DNA from: Planctomycetota bacterium
Lineage (GTDB): Bacteria > Planctomycetota > GCA-002687715 > CAIWVZ01
DNA length: 64,000 nt
Reading direction: 5' to 3'
Assembly (NCBI GenBank): GCA_044222185.1
Contig: JBGANV010000001.1
Location: 608,001-672,000, forward strand
Shown here: positions 11,723 to 20,782 of the stretch, piece after piece
Position numbering within the stretch: the first letter of the stretch is position 1
How the letters are laid out: the number at the start of each line of letters is the position of its first letter
Notes under the pieces: model-generated
Database searches by the model: none
Told to the model about the DNA's origin: nothing
Seen by the model: the letters and a program-made list of their open reading frames with translations, nothing else
Position numbers and translations under genes: made by a program

Positions 11723-12745
11723 ATGACCACCATCCTCATCACCGGCGGCGCCGGTTTCATCGGCAGCAACTACGTGTGTTGGCTGCTCCGATCCGACCCG
11801 TCCGTGCGCCTCGTGAACGTCGACGCGCTCACGTACTCAGGCAACCTGGAGAACCTCGCGGAGGTCGAGGGGAACCCGCGCTACCGGTTCGTGAAGGCCG
11901 ACATCTCGGATGCTGCCGCCATGGCGCGCGCGATCGACGAGCCGATCGACGAGATCGTCCACTTCGCGGCCGAGTCCCACGTCGATCGCTCCATCGAGGA
12001 CGCAGGAGCCTTCCTCCGCACGAACGTGCTCGGGACGCAGGTCATGCTCGACCTGGCCCGTCGCTGGAAGGTCAAGAAGTTCGTTCACGTCTCCACGGAC
12101 GAGGTCTACGGCTCGCTCGGGCCGACGGGCAAGTTCACCGAGACGACCCCGCTCGCTCCGAACAGCCCGTACGCGGCGTCGAAGGCGTCGAGCGACCTCC
12201 TCGTGCGTGCGGCCGTCCACACGCACGGACTCGCGGCCGTGATCACCCGCTGCTCGAACAACTACGGTCCGTTCCAGTTCCCCGAGAAGCTGATTCCCCT
12301 GATGATCAGCAACGCCGTCGAAGGGAAGGAGCTGCCGGTGTACGGCGACGGGATGCAGGTGCGCGACTGGATCCACGTGCTCGACCACTGCCGCGGCGTC
12401 GATGCGGCTCGCTCCAAGGGCCGTGTGGGCGAGGTCTACAACTTCGGGAGCGACAACGAGCTCCCCAACATGCAGGTCGTGAAAGCGATCCTGCGCGCGG
12501 TGGGCCGGCCCGAAAGCCTGATCCGCCACGTGGCCGATCGACTGGGGCACGACCGCCGCTACGCGATCGACGCCACGAAGTCGCACCGCGAGCTGGGGTG
12601 GAAGCCCCAGGTGCGGTTCGAGGAGGGACTCTCGGAAACGGTCCGCTGGTACCAGGAGCATCTGGGGTGGTGGCAGCGGATCAAGTCGGGCGAGTACCAG
12701 GACTACTACCGTCGCCACTACGGCGCGCGCCTCGGAGAAAGCTGA
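11723..12745 (+). CDS. rmlB: dTDP-glucose 4,6-dehydratase
   Basis: [53 protein letters not shown]. Confidence 0.96.
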   Translation: MTTILITGGAGFIGSNYVCWLLRSDPSVRLVNVDALTYSGNLENLAEVEGNPRYRFVKADISDAAAMARAIDEPIDEIVHFAAESHVDRSIEDAGAFLRTNVLGTQVMLDLARRWKVKKFVHVSTDEVYGSLGPTGKFTETTPLAPNSPYAASKASSDLLVRAAVHTHGLAAVITRCSNNYGPFQFPEKLIPLMISNAVEGKELPVYGDGMQVRDWIHVLDHCRGVDAARSKGRVGEVYNFGSDNELPNMQVVKAILRAVGRPESLIRHVADRLGHDRRYAIDATKSHRELGWKPQVRFEEGLSETVRWYQEHLGWWQRIKSGEYQDYYRRHYGARLGES

Positions 12746-13458
12746 TGCTCCTGTCCGTCGTCATGCCCGTTTACAACGAAACGAAAACGCTCGAGGAGAT
12801 CCTCCGCCGCGTGCAGGCCGTCGAACTCGAGAAGGAGATCATCGCCGTCAACGACTGCTCCAAGGACGGTTCCGGCGAACTCCTCGAGAAGTTGAAGGAG
12901 AAGCACCCGAACCTCCGGGTGATCCACCACAAGGTGAACCAGGGGAAGGGCGCCGCGATCCGCACGGGTTTCCAGGAGGTGCGCGGTGACGTGATCATCA
13001 TCCAGGACGCGGACCTCGAGTACGACCCGAAGGAGTACTTCCAGCTCATCGCGCCAATCGTCGACGGTCGGGCCGACGTGGTCTTCGGGTCGCGCTTCCT
13101 CGGCGGCCCCCACCGTGTCCATCTGTACTTCCACTACGTCGCGAACCGCTTTCTCACGTTCGTGAGCAACGTCTTCACGAACCTGAACCTCACGGACATG
13201 GAGACCTGCTACAAGGTCTTCCGCCGTGCGGTCGTGCAGAACATGAAACTCGAGACGAACCGATTCGGCATCGAGCCCGAGATCACCGCCAAGGTCGCCA
13301 AGATGGGCTGCCGCGTCTACGAGGTCCCGATCTCCTACAGCGGTCGCGACTTCGCCGAGGGGAAGAAGATCAGCTGGCGAGATGGGTTCCCGGCGCTTTG
13401 GAGCATCATCAAGTTCTCCCTGTTCGCCCGGGTCGAGAAGCTCCCGCGCACGCCCTAG
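12745..13458 (+). CDS. GT2 glycosyltransferase, DPM1-like (polyprenol-phosphate glycosyltransferase family)
   Basis: [39 protein letters not shown]; ATG overlaps rmlB stop. Confidence 0.9.
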   Translation: MLLSVVMPVYNETKTLEEILRRVQAVELEKEIIAVNDCSKDGSGELLEKLKEKHPNLRVIHHKVNQGKGAAIRTGFQEVRGDVIIIQDADLEYDPKEYFQLIAPIVDGRADVVFGSRFLGGPHRVHLYFHYVANRFLTFVSNVFTNLNLTDMETCYKVFRRAVVQNMKLETNRFGIEPEITAKVAKMGCRVYEVPISYSGRDFAEGKKISWRDGFPALWSIIKFSLFARVEKLPRTP

Positions 13459-13837
13459 GCCGTGCCCGGGCGGAGGCTTCCACCGCGCCCGGCCCCGGGA
13501 GTGACCCCGGGCAAATCGCCCGATCTGCCTTCCCCGGACACGGGTTGCGGCCGCAGAAGTGGACGAATCCGCCTCTTCGCCTAGCTTTTGGGTGCGACTA
13601 TCATGTTGCCTCGATTGGGTAGCGGCGATGCGTCCACTTCACTCCCCGTGAGCGGATCGCCGAAAACTCATTGATGAGTCGGGCTTTACGCCCGACGTCA
13701 TCGACACGGGAAGAGAAGCGATCCGCGACGGAGTCCGACGACCCGTTACCGGTTCCGATCCGGTCTGCGGCGCGATCTGCGAGCGTCATGGCCGGACGCC
13801 CTTGGGTGTTCGGTGATCGGGAGAAGGAGTGCCTCGG

Positions 13838-14737
13838 ATGTCGAGGGTGTGCACGTTGGTTCTCTTGGTGGCGTGCGGCGGTCTCCTCGGGGGATGTGCC
13901 GGCAACGGCGAACCGAGCACCTACAAGGAGCTGGGCCCGGACGCGAACACCACGGGGTTCGGCGACCTCTACCCGCCTGATCCGGTCGAGGGTGACATCA
14001 CGTTCGGCGTCGGCGACACCATCCTCGTCGAGACGCAGAACAACGCCCAGCTGACCGGGCCATTCGTCGTGCGCATGGACGGCAAGGTCAACATCCCGGT
14101 CCTCGGCGAGATGATGGCGGCGGGTCTCACGCCCGAGCAGTTCAAGCGCAAGCTCGAGAACAAGGTGTCCCTCTACATGAAGGACCCGGTGATCTCGGTG
14201 GGCGCGGGCGCGATCGTGAGCAAGAAGTTCTTCGTCGCGGCGCAGAACTACGGGACTGGCGGCTACATCGTCAAGCAGGTGCCGTACCCCGGCAACATCA
14301 CGTTGTTCGAAGTCTGGGTTCGCGTGAACAGCCCATCGAGCCTCCTCGACGACGACTGCCACGTGAAGGTCATCCGGATGGACCCGCGCCATCCGAGCGT
14401 CAAGGTGATCAACGTTCGTGAGATGCTCGTCGAGGGGCGGTCGGGTGGGAACATCCAGATCAAGCCGAACGACGTCGTCTACTTCCCACCGACGTTCTGG
14501 GGCAAGATCAACTCGTTCCTGGCGGGGATCTCGCTTCCGTTCACGGGTCTGTTCCGCGTCACCAGCGTCGTCTCCGAGACCGACCGCGCGATCCGGATCA
14601 TCGACGGCAGCGGCGGTGGCAGGTATGGCGGCGGGTACTACGGCGGATACGGCGTCGGCGGCGGGTTCGGCGGCTTCGGAAGCTCGGGCGGGCTTGGGCC
14701 ATCGGCGCCTCGCGGTGGGCTCGACGGCGGGGAGTGA
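13838..14737 (+). CDS. Polysaccharide export (OPX/Wza-like) lipoprotein
   Basis: Lipobox LLGG-C, PES motif GVGD...VRMDGKVNIPVLGE, SLBB-like NIQIKPNDVVY, Gly/Tyr-rich tail; RBS AAGGAG. Confidence 0.85.
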   Translation: MSRVCTLVLLVACGGLLGGCAGNGEPSTYKELGPDANTTGFGDLYPPDPVEGDITFGVGDTILVETQNNAQLTGPFVVRMDGKVNIPVLGEMMAAGLTPEQFKRKLENKVSLYMKDPVISVGAGAIVSKKFFVAAQNYGTGGYIVKQVPYPGNITLFEVWVRVNSPSSLLDDDCHVKVIRMDPRHPSVKVINVREMLVEGRSGGNIQIKPNDVVYFPPTFWGKINSFLAGISLPFTGLFRVTSVVSETDRAIRIIDGSGGGRYGGGYYGGYGVGGGFGGFGSSGGLGPSAPRGGLDGGE

Positions 14738-16401
14738 GGGATCCGGTCAATGAGGAACGCCACGTGAGTACGGAAGTACAAGTCAGCGGCCCGACGGTTC
14801 AGGACTACGTCAGCGTCATCAAGCGGCGCGGACTCGCCGTGCTGATTCCGCTCGTCGGATTCACGGCTCTCGCGGTTGCCGTCGGCTTCCTCGTGCCGCA
14901 GGAGTACGAGGCGACGACCCAGCTCGTGATCGAGGATCCGGAAGTCGTGAGCGGCTTCTACAAGGACCTGGGATTCCCGATCCCGCACAAGCAACTGCTC
15001 GTGACCGTGAGCGAGGACATCAAGTCGCAGGCCTTCCTCGAGCCGATCATCGATCGCTTCGACATCAACGAGGGCTACAACCGCAACAACCCGCGCGAGA
15101 AGCTCCGCCTCATCGACCAGGTGCGCAAGAAACTGACGGTGAAGATCGGCGCACCGCAGAAGACGGGGCCTGACCTGCTCGTGCTCCAGTACCAGGGACG
15201 CGATGCGGAGAAGGTCACGCGGTTCGTGAACCAGGTGAGCGCCTCGTACCAGGACCTCTTCATGGGGCGGTACCAGGACCTCATCCGCAAGGCGTACGGC
15301 TCCGTGAAGGGCATGACCGTCGCGGCGCAGACGGCGTACACGACCGCGCAGACCAACCTGGAAGAGTGGCTGAACGTCAACGGCGGTGGTTTCGCCGCGA
15401 ACGATCCCACCAGCGGGATCATGGCGACGCTCGGCAAGCAGAAGGAATCGCAGGACGCGCTTCAGACCCAGTTGCGCGGTGACCAGGATGCGCTGAAGAA
15501 CGTCATCGAGCAGTTGAAGTCGACACCGGAAGTGTCGGCTGCGACGACGACGAAGAAGATCAACCCGGACTACGCGGCGCAGCAGGCCAAGGTGCAGGCG
15601 GCCGACGCAGCCGTGAAGGACTTCATCGCCAAGGGCTTCCTGGAGACCTGGCCGCCATTCAAGGACGCCAAGGCGATCCTTGAAGCCGAACAGGCCAAGC
15701 TCGGCAAGATCGAGCAGCTCGTCCTCCAGGACATCGCCGAAACGAAGAACCCGGCATGGATCGCCCTGGAGAACCAGCGCCGTGCGCTGCAGTCGTCGAT
15801 CGAGGCCACGAATTCCAAGCTCGCGCGGCTGAACGAGTCGGTCACCCAGCTCGAGACGGAGATGAAGACGCTGCCGCAGAAGCAGCGGCGCTTCACCGAG
15901 CTGAACGACGACCTGAACAACTCGCGCTTCCAGTTCGAGAAGACGACGAAGGTCATGGCGAACGCGCAGGCGACCATGGATCGCGTCACGCGCAAGGAAG
16001 GCAGCATCTTCCGGCCGTTGGCATCCATCACGCCCGACGAGGCGAAGGACATGGATCCGGTCTTCCCGAGCCTTCCGATCTTCCTCGGAGTCGGCGCCTT
16101 CATCGGGCTGATGGTCGGTGCTGCGCTGGCGTTCATCTCCGAGTTCACGTCGGTGTCGTTCACCAGTCCGAACCAGGTCCGGTACTCGCTTCCGGTGCCG
16201 GTGCTCGGCGAAGTGGCACCGCTCCTGAGCCGGCGCGAGCTCCGCAAGATCCGGCTCAAGCGTTTGATCGTCTGGTCACTCGTGCTCGGCTTCTTCGCGG
16301 CCTTGCTCATCATCCACTTGATGTACTTCAACAAGGACCTGAAGGGCAACCTCCCGCGGTGGCTCATCGACTTCATGAAGCGCATCTGGGGGAATCGGTA
16401 G
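14734..16401 (+). CDS. Polysaccharide chain-length determinant / co-polymerase (GumC/Wzc N-domain-like)
   Basis: N-terminal TM and YEATTQL, long coiled coil, PVFP-TM, LPVPVLG, extra C-terminal TM. Confidence 0.82.
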   Translation: MRDPVNEERHVSTEVQVSGPTVQDYVSVIKRRGLAVLIPLVGFTALAVAVGFLVPQEYEATTQLVIEDPEVVSGFYKDLGFPIPHKQLLVTVSEDIKSQAFLEPIIDRFDINEGYNRNNPREKLRLIDQVRKKLTVKIGAPQKTGPDLLVLQYQGRDAEKVTRFVNQVSASYQDLFMGRYQDLIRKAYGSVKGMTVAAQTAYTTAQTNLEEWLNVNGGGFAANDPTSGIMATLGKQKESQDALQTQLRGDQDALKNVIEQLKSTPEVSAATTTKKINPDYAAQQAKVQAADAAVKDFIAKGFLETWPPFKDAKAILEAEQAKLGKIEQLVLQDIAETKNPAWIALENQRRALQSSIEATNSKLARLNESVTQLETEMKTLPQKQRRFTELNDDLNNSRFQFEKTTKVMANAQATMDRVTRKEGSIFRPLASITPDEAKDMDPVFPSLPIFLGVGAFIGLMVGAALAFISEFTSVSFTSPNQVRYSLPVPVLGEVAPLLSRRELRKIRLKRLIVWSLVLGFFAALLIIHLMYFNKDLKGNLPRWLIDFMKRIWGNR

Positions 16402-16403
16402 AG

Positions 16404-17315
16404 ATGTACGAGACCCACTTCGGATTCGAGCGGGCCCCGTTCAACAACGTCCCGGACACGTCGTTCTTCTTCGCGAGCAGCAAGCACACGGAGGCGCTCG
16501 CGCAGCTCACGTTCGCCGTCGAAGCTCGTAAGGGGTTCGCCGTGCTGACGGGCGACGTCGGGGCGGGGAAGACGACCCTCACACGGGCGCTCTTCCGCCG
16601 GCTCGATCCCAAGACGGTGACTGCGGTCGTGAACAACACGCGGCTCACCGGGGTGCAGCTCCTCTACGCGGTGGCGAAGGAGTTCGGCATCGACGACGTG
16701 AAGCCAAACCGCGTCGAGCTGCTCGAGCGCATCAACCAGTTCCTGGTGGCCCGCCTTGCGGAGGACCGCAACGTCGTGCTGCTCATCGACGAGGCCCAGG
16801 ATCTCCCGCTCGCGACGCTCGAAGAGGTCCGGTTGATCTCGAACCTCGAGACGGAGTCGGAGAAGCTCATCCAGATCCTCCTCGTGGGCCAGCCCGAACT
16901 GCGCGACAGCATCGACCACCCCGCGCTGCGTCAGTTGCGCCAGCGCATCAACTGCCGATTCCACCTCGGTCCGCTCGACCAGGAGCAGACGCGGGAGTAC
17001 GTCCTGCATCGCCTCCGCGTGGCCGGTCCGTTGAATTCGGCGCGCTTCTCCGACAGGGCACTGGAGTACGTGCACCGCTACTCGGGCGGCATCCCGAGAC
17101 TGGTGAATCTGTGCTGCGACAAGGCGTTGCTCGTCGCGTTCACGGAAAGCCAGAAGCAGATCGATCACAAGACGGTGATGGCGGGGATCCGAGAAATCGA
17201 AGGGCCCGAGTGGACGTTCAAGTCCCGCTCGGAGGCCGCCGCTGCGAGCGGCGTCGCGGGGCCCGTGAAGAAGGCTTTCTTGCGGCTGCCGTTCTTCGGC
17301 GGTCGTACCAGTTGA
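16404..17315 (+). CDS. ExeA-like AAA ATPase of EPS/PEP-CTERM-type locus
   Basis: MYETHFG...PF, Walker A GDVGAGKT, Walker B LLIDEAQ, LVGQPEL, GIPRLVN. Confidence 0.88.
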   Translation: MYETHFGFERAPFNNVPDTSFFFASSKHTEALAQLTFAVEARKGFAVLTGDVGAGKTTLTRALFRRLDPKTVTAVVNNTRLTGVQLLYAVAKEFGIDDVKPNRVELLERINQFLVARLAEDRNVVLLIDEAQDLPLATLEEVRLISNLETESEKLIQILLVGQPELRDSIDHPALRQLRQRINCRFHLGPLDQEQTREYVLHRLRVAGPLNSARFSDRALEYVHRYSGGIPRLVNLCCDKALLVAFTESQKQIDHKTVMAGIREIEGPEWTFKSRSEAAAASGVAGPVKKAFLRLPFFGGRTS

Positions 17316-17326
17316 GGTGACGGCGC

Positions 17327-18199
17327 ATGGGACGGATGGAAGATGCACTCCGCAAGGCGGCGGAAGAGCGCGAGCGGAAACGCCTCCTGGATCGGCCGGG
17401 CGCGGCCGCCGGCGCGACGAGCGGACCTGCGCATTCGGGGGGCATCGGGGCGGCGGATCCGCCACGCGCCGAGCCCGAGCACCGCGACCCGCCGCCGCGC
17501 GCGGCGCACGAGCCGAATACGGCTGCGCGGGTTGCGGCCTTCAACCCGCCGGCCGGCCGTATCACTGCGGCTCCCGACGAGCGTCTCATCGTCCTGCACT
17601 CGCCGTCCGATCCCAGGGCCGAGCAGTTCCGCAAGCTGCGTGCGAACCTGTTCTCGCTCCGTCCGGCACCACGCGTCATCATGGTGACGAGTGGCGCCAA
17701 GGGGGAAGGCAAGAGCCTCGCCGCGGCCAACCTCGCGCTCACCCTCCTCGAGATCGAGGCCGGTGACGTGCTCGTGGTCGACGCGAACCTCCGTCATCCG
17801 GAACTCGCCGGGCTGCTCGCGGTGCGCACGGGCCCGGGCTTGAGCGAAGCACTGGCAGGGCACGAGTCGAACCGCCGATCGGTCGTCCAGGCGAGTCCGA
17901 TCCCCGGGCTCTCGGTCGTCGCCGCCGGCGCAGCTGGCGTCGCGGCCGCACGTCTCTTGGCTCCTGCGACGCTCAAGAGCTTCCTCGACGAGGTGGGGGC
18001 CGGGTTCAAGTACATCGTCGTCGACACCCCCTGCGTGACGGATTACGCCGACGCGACTCTGATGGCCTCCGACGTGGACGGCGTCATCATCGTCGTCGCG
18101 GTCGGCGCCGGTGTCCGCGAGTCCACCAAGAAAGCCGTCGACGTCCTGGAGGCGTCACGGGCGCGCATCCTCGGAACGATGGTCGTCACGTCGGCCTGA
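17327..18199 (+). CDS. CpsD/CapB-family bacterial tyrosine kinase (stand-alone)
   Basis: MGRMEDALRKA start, AEQFRKLR, VTSG-xx-GEGKS, VDANLR, VVDTP. Confidence 0.85.
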   Translation: MGRMEDALRKAAEERERKRLLDRPGAAAGATSGPAHSGGIGAADPPRAEPEHRDPPPRAAHEPNTAARVAAFNPPAGRITAAPDERLIVLHSPSDPRAEQFRKLRANLFSLRPAPRVIMVTSGAKGEGKSLAAANLALTLLEIEAGDVLVVDANLRHPELAGLLAVRTGPGLSEALAGHESNRRSVVQASPIPGLSVVAAGAAGVAAARLLAPATLKSFLDEVGAGFKYIVVDTPCVTDYADATLMASDVDGVIIVVAVGAGVRESTKKAVDVLEASRARILGTMVVTSA

Positions 18200-18205
18200 T
18201 GTGCC

Positions 18206-19402
18206 GTGCGCGTCCTCCTCTTGGTCCATCGAGTGCCTTATCCACCGGACAAGGGCGACAAGATTCGCTCCTTCCGGATCATGGAGGCTCTCTGTGAGCA
18301 CCACGAGGTTCACCTGCTGACCCACGCCGACGACACCGCGGATCTGGCATTCGTCGGTGAGCTGGAAAAGCGTTGCCGATCGGTGCACGTGGTTCCGATT
18401 TCCGCCGTCCAATCGAAGGGGCGGATGGCGGCAGCGCTCTTCCGCGGTGAGGCGCTCTCGGTCGCACATTTCGTCGATCGCCGCACGACCGTTCTCGTCG
18501 AGAACCTCATCACAGGCATCGACCCGGAGCTGATCGTCGTCTACTCGTCTCAGCCGGTGCGTTATCTGCCAGCGAAGCTGAACGTGCCGGTCATCGTCGA
18601 CCTGGTCGACGTCGATTCGGAGAAGTGGCGCGCCTACGCCGACGACTCCTTTGGGCCCATGCGCTGGTTGTATCGCCGCGAGGCGCGCGTGGTCCGTGAG
18701 CTCGAGAAGGAGATCGTCCGCCGCGGCTATCGCGTCGTCGTCGTCTCCGAGCGGGAGGCGGACGCGTTTCGCGCGGCGGTCGCGCAGGTCGACGTCAGCG
18801 TGATCCCGAACGGCGTGGATGCCCCGCGATCCGTCGCCCCTGGTGCCTCGCGCGACGAGAACCTCATCCTCTTCGTCGGCGCCATGGACTACACGGCGAA
18901 CGTGGAGGCCGTCCGACGCGCCGCGATGGAGGTCCTTCCGCTGATCCGCACGCGCCGCCCGTCAGCGCGATTTCGCATCGTGGGTCGGAATCCGACGCGG
19001 GCCGTTCGGGCGCTGGCGGAGCTTCCCGGCGTGGAAGTGACGGGCGCCGTGGCCTCGGTAGCGCCGCACCTCGAAGCCGCGGCCGTCAGCCTGGTTCCCC
19101 TTCGCGTTTCACGGGGCATCCCCAACAAGGTCCTCGAGGCCTTCGCACACGGAGTCCCGGTCGTATCGACGGGAGATGTCGCGCGTGCCGTCTCCGCCAC
19201 CGACGGTGAGCATCTTCTCGTCGCCGAACGCGACGAAGACCTGGCCGCAGCGACCGTTCGACTCCTCGAGGACGCCCCGTTGCGCGATCGCATCGGGACC
19301 GCGGCACGCACGTTCGTGACCGGACACTACCGCTGGGACCGCATGGTCTCGGCGTTCCAGGCGCTCGCGTCGGAGACCGCGACGCAGGAGGTCGTTGGCT
19401 GA
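18206..19402 (+). CDS. GT4 glycosyltransferase, PEP-CTERM/XrtA-locus type
   Basis: HRVPYPPDKGDKIRS, DLVDVDSEKW, GAMDY-AN, GIPNKVLEA. Confidence 0.88.
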   Translation: MRVLLLVHRVPYPPDKGDKIRSFRIMEALCEHHEVHLLTHADDTADLAFVGELEKRCRSVHVVPISAVQSKGRMAAALFRGEALSVAHFVDRRTTVLVENLITGIDPELIVVYSSQPVRYLPAKLNVPVIVDLVDVDSEKWRAYADDSFGPMRWLYRREARVVRELEKEIVRRGYRVVVVSEREADAFRAAVAQVDVSVIPNGVDAPRSVAPGASRDENLILFVGAMDYTANVEAVRRAAMEVLPLIRTRRPSARFRIVGRNPTRAVRALAELPGVEVTGAVASVAPHLEAAAVSLVPLRVSRGIPNKVLEAFAHGVPVVSTGDVARAVSATDGEHLLVAERDEDLAAATVRLLEDAPLRDRIGTAARTFVTGHYRWDRMVSAFQALASETATQEVVG

Positions 19403-20766
19403 TGGGTCTTCGCTTCATCGCCATGCTCCTGTACACGCCGGTCGCCTGCGGCATGGCCGTATTCCGACCGTACTGGGGGCTCATCCTCCTCGTCGCCATG
19501 TACTACTTCCGGCCCGACATCTGGGATCAACCGACGTGGTTCCGTCCGCAGATGTGGCTCACGGTCGCGGTGGGGGTGGGCTGGCTCACGCACCTGAAGA
19601 CCTTCCGATTCAACCTCCTGATGCTCCTCGGGACGCTGGTCGTCGGCCTCGGGTTCGGCACTTCATTCTTCGCGGCGGTGGACCCGGTCTATTCCTACGA
19701 CGCGTCCATCGTGGTGATGAAGGTCGCGGTGCTCATGTTGTTCACGGTCAACCTCGTGGACACGAGTGAGAAGCTCCAGCATTTCTTCTGGGCCAACGTG
19801 CTCGGGATGCTCTGGAACCTGAAGACGATCCTCATCACGGGAATCGGCGGCGGCGAGATCCGCGCGCAGCGAGTGGACGTCGGAGTCGGTCAGGGCGGTG
19901 GGGCGAACTACATCGCGATGATCCTCGCGATGACGGTTCCCATCCTCTACATGCGGATCCTCAACGGCCGTGGACGCGAGCGAACGATGGCGATCATGCT
20001 GATCCCGCTCTACATCCTCGGACTCGTGGTGACGGGATCGCGCGGCGGCTTCTTGAGTGCTGCCGCCGTGGCACTGTTCCTCTTGTGCACGTCCAACAAG
20101 AAGATCCTCGGGTTCTCGCTCATCAGTGTGCTCTTCGCGTTCTTCATGCTGGTCCTGCCGGCCGCCTACGTCGACCGCCTCGTCCAGGGCTTCGGTGACT
20201 CCCAGACGCGCGACTCGTCCGCCGACTCGCGCCTGAAGCTGTGGCAAGCCGGATGGACGATGTTCAAGGAGTACCCGCTCCATGGCGTCGGTCTGGACAA
20301 CTTCTCCCTGCTGTCACCGCGGTACGCCGGGTTCTACGCATCGAAAGCCATGGACGCCTACGTGGCCGGAAAGCGCGGAGCCGGATTCGTCGCCCACTCG
20401 ACCTGGTTCCAGATGCTCGCGGAGGGCGGCGTGCTGTTGAGCCTCCCATTCTTCGGGATGTTCTTCGTCACGTTCCGGACGCTCAGTCGCGTGAAGAGGG
20501 CCAACCTGCCGGATCCCCTGAAGGGGCGAATACGCGAGCAGGCGACGGTCCTGCAGGGCATCTTCATCGCGTTCATCGTCTCCTCCACCTTCGGAAGTCA
20601 CCTGAAGATCGACTTCATGTGGTGGTACTTCGGCGCCGTTGGGGCGATGGATTTCATCGTGCGCGACGCCGTCGCGAAGCAGGAGGCAGGGATCCGCGCG
20701 GCGCGGCTTGCGGCCAACCGTGAGAGCTTCGAGCGCGCACCGGAAACGGCCGGAGCCGGCGTCTGA
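19402..20766 (+). CDS. O-antigen ligase/Wzy-like polymerase
   Basis: Multiple TM segments, TGSRGG, SRLKLW, GVGLDNF, AHSTW. Confidence 0.83.
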   Translation: MGLRFIAMLLYTPVACGMAVFRPYWGLILLVAMYYFRPDIWDQPTWFRPQMWLTVAVGVGWLTHLKTFRFNLLMLLGTLVVGLGFGTSFFAAVDPVYSYDASIVVMKVAVLMLFTVNLVDTSEKLQHFFWANVLGMLWNLKTILITGIGGGEIRAQRVDVGVGQGGGANYIAMILAMTVPILYMRILNGRGRERTMAIMLIPLYILGLVVTGSRGGFLSAAAVALFLLCTSNKKILGFSLISVLFAFFMLVLPAAYVDRLVQGFGDSQTRDSSADSRLKLWQAGWTMFKEYPLHGVGLDNFSLLSPRYAGFYASKAMDAYVAGKRGAGFVAHSTWFQMLAEGGVLLSLPFFGMFFVTFRTLSRVKRANLPDPLKGRIREQATVLQGIFIAFIVSSTFGSHLKIDFMWWYFGAVGAMDFIVRDAVAKQEAGIRAARLAANRESFERAPETAGAGV

Positions 20767-20782
20767 GCGCGAGCCACTGACC

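Noticed and set aside
11776-12744. N-terminal 323 aa of the 560-aa ORF as a fusion to the GT2
   Set aside because: Off-frame overlap with rmlB; the real start is ATG 12745. The same applies to the extended starts at 15756, 38541 and 49323
13671-13703. Hammerhead ribozyme (TGATGA-GTC...GAC)
   Set aside because: The core needs CUGANGA and GAAA after stem II; here it reads TTGATGA and GTCA
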